Assembly (NCBI GenBank): GCA_964057225.1
Contig: OZ059900.1
Span: 9,052,001-9,116,000 of the forward strand
Source of the DNA: Auanema rhodensis
Taxonomy: Eukaryota; Animalia; Nematoda
Length of the DNA: 64,000 bases
Direction of reading: 5' to 3'
Part shown: piece after piece, positions 40,411 to 50,800 of the stretch
How the letters are laid out: each line of letters starts with the position of its first letter
Numbering within the stretch: the first letter of the stretch is position 1
The notes under the pieces: model-generated
The model's input: only the letters and a program-made list of their open reading frames with translations
Told to the model about the DNA's origin: nothing
Database searches by the model: none
Program-made: the position numbers and the translations under genes

Positions 40411-40478
40411 TATAGAGAATCACACGAAACAGTCAAAACTATAAACAATTCCATATTGATTTTCAAAGCAACATGTAT
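40411..40478 (-). repeat. Degenerate 68-bp fragment of the 164-bp satellite inside the palindrome spacer
   Basis: tatagagaatcacacgaaacagtcaaaactataaacaattccatattgattttcaaagcaacatgtat matches the reverse complement of monomer positions ~64-131 with about 4 mismatches. Confidence 0.93.
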
Positions 40479-40585
40479 CTCTTGCAAGTAATTAGCTCAC
40501 AAGGAATGACTTGCCCCATATGTTACTTTGACTCAATTTCAGTTTTGACATTAATGCGTGTAGAAATAAAAATTCGTTAAAAGCA

Positions 40586-40591
40586 TTTATT
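40586..40591 (-). terminator. AATAAA polyadenylation signal of gene B
   Basis: TTTATT on the + strand, the exact mirror of 40357-40362. Confidence 0.6.
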
Positions 40592-40651
40592 TCCGATTTA
40601 CAATACACTAGTAAACAATATACAATGTATTATGCATATAACAATATCTTA

Positions 40652-41426
40652 TCAATAGTAAGGCAATCCCTTCTTTTTCGGGCAATCATAATGTTGAAGA
40701 AAGATATTATCAGTTGCTTCCTCGATACTGTCATAAGTGGTTTCAAAACGGTCAATCATGCGATCAACATGTTTTCTGTCTGTTTTCCCTTTTGGATCAT
40801 GACGACGATGGATTTCTTCAAATTTATGTCGATAAATGGTACGAATTTCTGGGATTCGAATGTCCAAGAACGCTATGGCGGGAGGGAAGTTTTTTTCAAA
40901 GAAATACGTGCTATTAAGGCTACGCTTGATATTGCGTGGTTCCATCAGCTCGTAGTACTCCTCGATATTGAGGGCGGCTGCGATTTCCTCTCTCGTGGGT
41001 TTCTTATAGTATGTCCAATTTCCGGGTGGGGCAAAGCCTAACACAGCACGTAGCTCTTCAAGACCAATGACAGCTTGCGCTTCGTTCATCAAACCATTAT
41101 TAAACATTCGCGCCATCCCGTATCGAAAAATGCTACCCGCCAGCTGCTCGTGTTCGGGAATGGTCAGGCAGATGTTAGCTATCTTTGCCAACTGTTCGTC
41201 CATGTCGAAGGCTGAAGATGGAGCGGTCGCTTCTACAGACGAAATAGAGCTGTCTAGCGAAGAAGCCGTTGATGTAGAGAAGTAAGTAGCATCGTTGGTG
41301 CTGCCTGAAAAAAACAAATTTCAGCCAAAACATGACCTTTTCATTTATGAAACTATATAATCTAACTATAATACCTGCATGTAAATGGTTCACAAGGTAC
41401 AGATAAATGGCGAGTATTTTCTTCAT
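40652..41426 (-). CDS. Gene B: two-exon paralog of gene A, complement(join(40652..41304,41375..41426)), 234-aa putative secreted protein
   Basis: Mirror of gene A with the same exon-1 peptide and an identical intron. It differs by 40 amino acids plus a 2-residue extension (TAA to TAC, ending GLPYY*). No frameshift or premature stop. Confidence 0.85.
41305..41374 (-). other. 70-nt GT-AG intron of gene B
   Basis: Exact reverse complement of 39574-39643. Confidence 0.82.
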
Positions 41427-41603
41427 ATATTCGCCGGGACAATTTTAGCGTATTTAAATGCTTCTTCGCTAGGAATATGAACAATTTTTATTATGATCGA
41501 TCTTAATTCCAATCTAAAAAAATAAAAGGTGTGGTTACTAGGAAACAGCCACCAAATCGAAATACAGGAAGGAAAAAAAGAGAGAAGGTGGCATTCGATC
41601 GAG

Positions 41604-41633
41604 CTATTTATTCGCTCGCGACCCGGCCGACCC
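41604..41633 (-). promoter_or_regulatory. Candidate core promoter of gene B (mirror of 39315-39344)
   Basis: ctatttattcgctcgcgacccggccgaccc, an identical reverse complement. Confidence 0.35.
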
Positions 41634-41837
41634 AAATCTAGATGGAAAGTGTAAGTCTTCTGTTGTCACAATCGAGGACAGACAACAAGATTATTTTAGA
41701 TGAACATTGTCTTCTTTTAAAACGATATCTTTGTTAATTTTAATGGCGCTCATGAAAAGAATGAGATTGAAACAATAAAAAATTAAATAAAAGTAAAGAC
41801 AACACATACTTTTCTTTCAAATTTATCAAATCAAATC

Positions 41838-44800
41838 AAATTTTAATTTTTGTTGAAATTTCAATCGATATCATCTCTTCCCTATAGATGTTGTTTTGAA
41901 AATCAATATGGAATTATCTATAGTTTTGACTGTTACTTGTAATTCTCTATAGATCTCTCTTTCTGTTTAATCATTTTCAGTATTGAATTGAATTGTTTCG
42001 AAAATTTTTATTTCTCTTGAAATTTCAATCGATATCATCTTTTACCTATACATGTTGTTTTGATAATCAATATGGAATTGTCTATAGTTTTGACTGTTAC
42101 TTGTAATTCTCTATAGATCTCTCTTTCTGTTTAATCATTTTCAGTATTGAATTGAATTGTTTCGAAAATTTTAATTTTTGTTGAAATTTCAATCGATATC
42201 ATCTCTTCCCTATAGATGTTGTTTTGAAAATCAATATGGAATTATCTATAGTTTTGACTGTTACTTGTAATTCTCTATAGATCTCTCTTTCTGTTTAATC
42301 ATTTTCAGTATTGAATTGAATTGTTTCGAAAATTTTAATTTTTGTTGAAATTTCAATCGATATCATCTCTTCCCTATAGATGTTGTTTTGAAAATCAATA
42401 TGGAATTATCTATAGTTTTGACTGTTACTTGTAATTCTCTATAGATCTCTCTTTCTGTTTAATCATTTTCAGTATTGAATTGAATTGTTTCGAAAATTTT
42501 AATTTTTGTTGAAATTTCAATCGATATCATCTCTTCCCTATAGATGTTGTTTTGAAAATCAATATGGAATTATCTATAGTTTTGACTGTTACTTGTAATT
42601 CTCTATAGATCTCTCTTTCTGTTTAATCATTTTCAGTATTGAATTGAATTGTTTCGAAAATTTTAATTTTTGTTGAAATTTCAATCGATATCATCTCTTC
42701 CCTATAGATGTTGTTTTGAAAATCAATATGGAATTATCTATAGTTTTGACTGTTACTTGTGATTCTATATAGATATTTCCTTCTCTTTAATCATCTTCAT
42801 TATTGAATTGAATTGTTTCGAAAATTTTAATTTTTGTTGGAATTTCAATCGATATCATCTTTTCCCTATACATGTTGTTTTGAAAATCAATATGGAATTA
42901 TCTATAGTTTTGACTGTTACTTGTGATTCTATATAGATATTTCCTTCTCTTTAATCATCTTCATTATTGAATTGAATTGTTTCGAAAATTTTAATTTTTG
43001 TTGGAATTTCAATCGATATCATCTTTTCCCTATACATGTTGTTTTGAAAATCAATATGGAATTATCTATAGTTTTGACTGTTACTTGTGATTCTATATAG
43101 ATATTTCCTTCTCTTTAATCATCTTCATTATTGAATTGAATTGTTTCGAAAATTTTAATTTTTGTTGGAATTTCAATCGATATCATCTTTTCCCTATACA
43201 TGTTGTTTTGAAAATCAATATGGAATTATCTATAGTTTTGACTGTTACTTGTGATTCTATATAGATATTTCCTTCTCTTTAATCATCTTCATTATTGAAT
43301 TGAATTGTTTCGAAAATTTTAATTTTTGTTGAAATTTCAATCGATATCATCTTTTCCCTATAGATGTTGTTTTGAAAATCAATATGGAATTATCTCTAGT
43401 TTTCACTGTTACTTGTGATTCTCTATAGATATTTCCTTCTCTCTGATCATCTTCAGTATTTAATTGTATTGTTTCGAAAATTTTTATTTTTGTTGGAATT
43501 TCAATCGATATCATCTTTTCCCTATAGATGTTGTTTTGAAAATCAATATGGAATTATCAATAGTTTTGACTGTTACTTGTGATTCTATATAGATATTTCC
43601 TTCTCTCTGATCATCTTCAGTATTTAATTGAATTGTTTCGAAAATTTTTATTTTTGTTGGAATTTCAATCGATATCATCTTTTCCCTATAGATGTTGTTT
43701 TGAAAATCAATATGGAATTATCTCTAGTTTTCACTGTTACTTGTGATTCTCTATAGATATTTCCTTCTCTCTGATCATCTTCAGTATTTAATTGTATTGT
43801 TTCGAAAATTTTTATTTTTGTTGGAATTTCAATCGATATCATCTTTTCCCTATACATGTTGTTTTGAAAATCAATATGGAATTATCAATAGTTTTGACTG
43901 TTACTTGTGATTCTATATAGATATTTCCTTCTCTTTAATCATCTTCATTATTGAATTGAATTGTTTCGAAAATTTTAATTTTTGTTGGAATTTCAATCGA
44001 TATCATCTTTTCCCTATACATGTTGTTTTGAAAATCAATATGGAATTATCTATAGTTTTGACTGTTACTTGTGATTCTATATAGATATTTCCTTCTCTTT
44101 AATCATCTTCATTATTGAATTGAATTGTTTCGAAAATTTTAATTTTTGTTGGAATTTCGATCGATATCATCTTTTCCCTATACATGTTGTTTTGAAAATC
44201 AATATGGAATTATCTATAGTTTTGACTGTTACTTGTGATTCTATATAGATATTTCCTTCTCTTTAATCATCTTCATTATTGAATTGAATTGTTTCGAAAA
44301 TTTTAATTTTTGTTGGAATTTCAATCGATATCATCTTTTCCCTATACATGTTGTTTTGAAAATCAATATGGAATTATCAATAGTTTTGACTGTTACTTGT
44401 GATTCTATATAGATATTTCCTTCTCTTTAATCATCTTCATTATTGAATTGAATTGTTTCGAAAATTTTAATTTTTGTTGGAATTTCGATCGATATCATCT
44501 TTTCCCTATACATGTTGTTTTGAAAATCAATATGGAATTATCTATAGTTTTGACTGTTACTTGTGATTCTATATAGATATTTCCTTCTCTTTAATCATCT
44601 TCATTATTGAATTGAATTGTTTCGAAAATTTTAATTTTTGTTGGAATTTCAATCGATATCATCTTTTCCCTATACATGTTGTTTTGAAAATCAATATGGA
44701 ATTATCAATAGTTTTGACTGTTACTTGTGATTCTATATAGATATTTCCTTCTCTTTAATCATCTTCATTATTGAATTGAATTGTTTCGAAAATTTTAATT

Positions 44801-47800
44801 TTTGTTGGAATTTCGATCGATATCATCTTTTCCCTATACATGTTGTTTTGAAAATCAATATGGAATTATCTATAGTTTTGACTGTTACTTGTGATTCTAT
44901 ATAGATATTTCCTTCTCTTTAATCATCTTCATTATTGAATTGAATTGTTTCGAAAATTTTAATTTTTGTTGGAATTTCAATCGATATCATCTTTTCCCTA
45001 TACATGTTGTTTTGAAAATCAATATGGAATTATCTATAGTTTTGACTGTTACTTGTGATTCTATATAGATATTTCCTTCTCTTTAATCATCTTCATTATT
45101 GAATTGAATTGTTTCGAAAATTTTAATTTTTGTTGGAATTTCGATCGATATCATCTTTTCCCTATACATGTTGTTTTGAAAATCAATATGGAATTATCTA
45201 TAGTTTTGACTGTTACTTGTGATTCTATATAGATATTTCCTTCTCTTTAATCATCTTCATTATTGAATTGAATTGTTTCGAAAATTTTAATTTTTGTTGG
45301 AATTTCAATCGATATCATCTTTTCCCTATACATGTTGTTTTGAAAATCAATATGGAATTATCTATAGTTTTGACTGTTACTTGTGATTCTATATAGATAT
45401 TTCCTTCTCTTTAATCATCTTCATTATTGAATTGAATTGTTTCGAAAATTTTAATTTTTGTTGGAATTTCAATCGATATCATCTTTTCCCTATACATGTT
45501 GTTTTGAAAATCAATATGGAATTATCTATAGTTTTGACTGTTACTTGTGATTCTATATAGATATTTCCTTCTCTTTAATCATCTTCATTATTGAATTGAA
45601 TTGTTTCGAAAATTTTAATTTTTGTTGGAATTTCAATCGATATCATCTTTTCCCTATACATGTTGTTTTGAAAATCAATATGGAATTATCTATAGTTTTG
45701 ACTGTTACTTGTGATTCTATATAGATATTTCCTTCTCTTTAATCATCTTCATTATTGAATTGAATTGTTTCGAAAATTTTAATTTTTGTTGAAATTTCAA
45801 TCGATATCATCTTTTCCCTATACATGTTGTTTTGAAAATCAATATGGAATTATCTATAGTTTTGACTGTTACTTGTGATTCTATATAGATATTTCCTTCT
45901 CTTTAATCATCTTCATTATTGAATTGAATTGTTTCGAAAATTTTAATTTTTGTTGGAATTTCAATCGATATCATCTTTTCCCTATACATGTTGTTTTGAA
46001 AATCAATATGGAATTATCTATAGTTTTGACTGTTACTTGTGATTCTATATAGATATTTCCTTCTCTTTAATCATCTTCATTATTGAATTGAATTGTTTCG
46101 AAAATTTTAATTTTTGTTGGAATTTCAATCGATATCATCTTTTCCCTATACATGTTGTTTTGAAAATCAATATGGAATTGTCTATAGTTTCGACTGTTAC
46201 TTGTGATTCTATATAGATCTCTCTTTCTGTTTAATCATTTTCAGTATTGAATTAAATTGTTTCGAAAATTTTTATTTCTCTTGAAATTTCAATCGATATC
46301 ATCTCTTCCCTATACATGTTGTTTTGATAATCAATATGGAATTATCTATAGTTTTGACTGTTACTTGTGATTCTATATAGATATTTCCTTCTCTTTAATC
46401 ATCTTCATTATTGAATTGAATTGTTTCGAAAATTTTAATTTTTGTTGGAATTTCAATCGATATCATCTTTTCCCTATACATGTTGTTTTGAAAATCAATA
46501 TGGAATTATCTATAGTTTTGACTGTTACTTGTGATTCTATATAGATATTTCCTTCTCTTTAATCATCTTCATTATTGAATTGAATTGTTTCGAAAATTTT
46601 AATTTTTGTTGGAATTTCAATCGATATCATCTTTTCCCTATACATGTTGTTTTGAAAATCAATATGGAATTATCTATAGTTTTGACTGTTACTTGTGATT
46701 CTATATAGATATTTCCTTCTCTTTAATCATCTTCATTATTGAATTGAATTGTTTCGAAAATTTTAATTTTTGTTGAAATTTCAATCGATATCATCTTTTC
46801 CCTATACATGTTGTTTTGAAAATCAATATGGAATTATCTATAGTTTTGACTGTTACTTGTGATTCTATATAGATATTTCCTTCTCTTTAATCATCTTCAT
46901 TATTGAATTGAATTGTTTCGAAAATTTTAATTTTTGTTGGAATTTCAATCGATATCATCTTTTCCCTATACATGTTGTTTTGAAAATCAATATGGAATTA
47001 TCTATAGTTTTGACTGTTACTTGTGATTCTATATAGATATTTCCTTCTCTTTAATCATCTTCATTATTGAATTGAATTGTTTCGAAAATTTTAATTTTTG
47101 TTGGAATTTCAATCGATATCATCTTTTCCCTATACATGTTGTTTTGAAAATCAATATGGAATTATCTATAGTTTTGACTGTTACTTGTGATTCTATATAG
47201 ATATTTCCTTCTCTTTAATCATCTTCATTATTGAATTGAATTGTTTCGAAAATTTTAATTTTTGTTGGAATTTCAATCGATATCATCTTTTCCCTATACA
47301 TGTTGTTTTGAAAATCAATATGGAATTATCTATAGTTTTGACTGTTACTTGTGATTCTATATAGATATTTCCTTCTCTTTAATCATCTTCATTATTGAAT
47401 TGAATTGTTTCGAAAATTTTAATTTTTGTTGAAATTTCAATCGATATCATCTTTTCCCTATACATGTTGTTTTGAAAATCAATATGGAATTATCTATAGT
47501 TTTGACTGTTACTTGTGATTCTATATAGATATTTCCTTCTCTTTAATCATCTTCATTATTGAATTGAATTGTTTCGAAAATTTTAATTTTTGTTGGAATT
47601 TCAATCGATATCATCTTTTCCCTATACATGTTGTTTTGAAAATCAATATGGAATTGTCTATAGTTTCGACTGTTACTTGTGATTCTATATAGATCTCTCT
47701 TTCTGTTTAATCATTTTCAGTATTGAATTAAATTGTTTCGAAAATTTTTATTTCTCTTGAAATTTCAATCGATATCATCTCTTCCCTATACATGTTGTTT

Positions 47801-50800
47801 TGATAATCAATATGGAATTATCTATAGTTTTGACTGTTACTTGTGATTCTATATAGATATTTCCTTCTCTTTAATCATCTTCATTATTGAATTGAATTGT
47901 TTCGAAAATTTTAATTTTTGTTGAAATTTCAATCGATATCATCTTTTCCCTATACATGTTGTTTTGAAAATCAATATGGAATTATCTATAGTTTTGACTG
48001 TTACTTGTGATTCTATATAGATATTTCCTTCTCTTTAATCATCTTCATTATTGAATTGAATTGTTTCGAAAATTTTAATTTTTGTTGGAATTTCAATCGA
48101 TATCATCTTTTCCCTATACATGTTGTTTTGAAAATCAATATGGAATTGTCTATAGTTTCGACTGTTACTTGTGATTCTATATAGATCTCTCTTTCTGTTT
48201 AATCATTTTCAGTATTGAATTAAATTGTTTCGAAAATTTTTATTTCTCTTGAAATTTCAATCGATATCATCTCTTCCCTATACATGTTGTTTTGATAATC
48301 AATATGGAATTATCTATAGTTTTGACTGTTACTTGTGATTCTATATAGATATTTCCTTCTCTTTAATCATCTTCATTATTGAATTGAATTGTTTCGAAAA
48401 TTTTAATTTTTGTTGGAATTTCAATCGATATCATCTTTTCCCTATACATGTTGTTTTGAAAATCAATATGGAATTGTCTATAGTTTCGACTGTTACTTGT
48501 GATTCTATATAGATCTCTCTTTCTGTTTAATCATTTTCAGTATTGAATTAAATTGTTTCGAAAATTTTTATTTCTCTTGAAATTTCAATCGATATCATCT
48601 CTTCCCTATACATGTTGTTTTGATAATCAATATGGAATTATCTATAGTTTTGACTGTTACTTGTGATTCTATATAGATATTTCCTTCTCTTTAATCATCT
48701 TCATTATTGAATTGAATTGTTTCGAAAATTTTAATTTTTGTTGGAATTTCAATCGATATCATCTTTTCCCTATACATGTTGTTTTGAAAATCAATATGGA
48801 ATTGTCTATAGTTTCGACTGTTACTTGTGATTCTATATAGATCTCTCTTTCTGTTTAATCATTTTCAGTATTGAATTAAATTGTTTCGAAAATTTTTATT
48901 TCTCTTGAAATTTCAATCGATATCATCTCTTCCCTATACATGTTGTTTTGATAATCAATATGGAATTATCTATAGTTTTGACTGTTACTTGTGATTCTAT
49001 ATAGATATTTCCTTCTCTTTAATCATCTTCATTATTGAATTGAATTGTTTCGAAAATTTTAATTTTTGTTGGAATTTCAATCGATATCATCTTTTCCCTA
49101 TACATGTTGTTTTGAAAATCAATATGGAATTGTCTATAGTTTCGACTGTTACTTGTGATTCTATATAGATCTCTCTTTCTGTTTAATCATTTTCAGTATT
49201 GAATTAAATTGTTTCGAAAATTTTTATTTCTCTTGAAATTTCAATCGATATCATCTCTTCCCTATACATGTTGTTTTGATAATCAATATGGAATTATCTA
49301 TAGTTTTGACTGTTACTTGTGATTCTATATAGATATTTCCTTCTCTTTAATCATCTTCATTATTGAATTGAATTGTTTCGAAAATTTTAATTTTTGTTGG
49401 AATTTCAATCGATATCATCTTTTCCCTATACATGTTGTTTTGAAAATCAATATGGAATTGTCTATAGTTTCGACTGTTACTTGTGATTCTATATAGATCT
49501 CTCTTTCTGTTTAATCATTTTCAGTATTGAATTAAATTGTTTCGAAAATTTTTATTTCTCTTGAAATTTCAATCGATATCATCTCTTCCCTATACATGTT
49601 GTTTTGATAATCAATATGGAATTATCTATAGTTTTGACTGTTACTTGTGATTCTATATAGATATTTCCTTCTCTTTAATCATCTTCATTATTGAATTGAA
49701 TTGTTTCGAAAATTTTAATTTTTGTTGGAATTTCAATCGATATCATCTTTTCCCTATACATGTTGTTTTGAAAATCAATATGGAATTGTCTATAGTTTCG
49801 ACTGTTACTTGTGATTCTATATAGATCTCTCTTTCTGTTTAATCATTTTCAGTATTGAATTAAATTGTTTCGAAAATTTTTATTTCTCTTGAAATTTCAA
49901 TCGATATCATCTCTTCCCTATACATGTTGTTTTGATAATCAATATGGAATTATCTATAGTTTTGACTGTTACTTGTGATTCTATATAGATATTTCCTTCT
50001 CTTTAATCATCTTCATTATTGAATTGAATTGTTTCGAAAATTTTAATTTTTGTTGGAATTTCAATCGATATCATCTTTTCCCTATACATGTTGTTTTGAA
50101 AATCAATATGGAATTGTCTATAGTTTCGACTGTTACTTGTGATTCTATATAGATCTCTCTTTCTGTTTAATCATTTTCAGTATTGAATTAAATTGTTTCG
50201 AAAATTTTTATTTCTCTTGAAATTTCAATCGATATCATCTCTTCCCTATACATGTTGTTTTGATAATCAATATGGAATTATCTATAGTTTTGACTGTTAC
50301 TTGTGATTCTATATAGATATTTCCTTCTCTTTAATCATCTTCATTATTGAATTGAATTGTTTCGAAAATTTTAATTTTTGTTGGAATTTCAATCGATATC
50401 ATCTTTTCCCTATACATGTTGTTTTGAAAATCAATATGGAATTGTCTATAGTTTCGACTGTTACTTGTGATTCTATATAGATCTCTCTTTCTGTTTAATC
50501 ATTTTCAGTATTGAATTAAATTGTTTCGAAAATTTTTATTTCTCTTGAAATTTCAATCGATATCATCTCTTCCCTATACATGTTGTTTTGATAATCAATA
50601 TGGAATTATCTATAGTTTTGACTGTTACTTGTGATTCTATATAGATATTTCCTTCTCTTTAATCATCTTCATTATTGAATTGAATTGTTTCGAAAATTTT
50701 AATTTTTGTTGGAATTTCAATCGATATCATCTTTTCCCTATACATGTTGTTTTGAAAATCAATATGGAATTGTCTATAGTTTCGACTGTTACTTGTGATT

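Larger units (their letters stand above)
38776..42172. repeat. Large inverted repeat (palindrome): 1635-bp arms 38776-40410 and 40538-42172, 127-bp spacer 40411-40537
   Basis: Mirror coordinates sum to 80948 throughout (39522/41426, 39631/41317, 40357/40591, 40410/40538), so there is no net indel. About 61 substitutions by hand count, nearly all in coding sequence. Confidence 0.98.

Noticed and set aside
39663-41285. Antisense or alternate-frame ORFs 39663-39881, 40081-40323, 40625-41041, 40714-40917 and 41067-41285
   Set aside because: These are shadows of the real coding exons. Some differ in length between arms (80 vs 138 aa), showing the frame is not conserved.
39111-41837. Autonomous transposon with terminal inverted repeats (Foldback/Mutator-like)
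   Set aside because: No transposase-like motifs and no target-site duplication. Mirror identity continues into the satellite rather than ending at defined termini.
38776-42172. Palindrome as a fold-back sequencing or assembly artefact
   Set aside because: The arms differ at ~61 sites that are clustered, frame-preserving and almost all coding, and there is an asymmetric spacer. A fold-back chimera would give identical arms or random errors. Long-read confirmation is still advisable.
43675-43857. 60-aa minus-strand ORF
   Set aside because: A chance open frame within variant satellite monomers.
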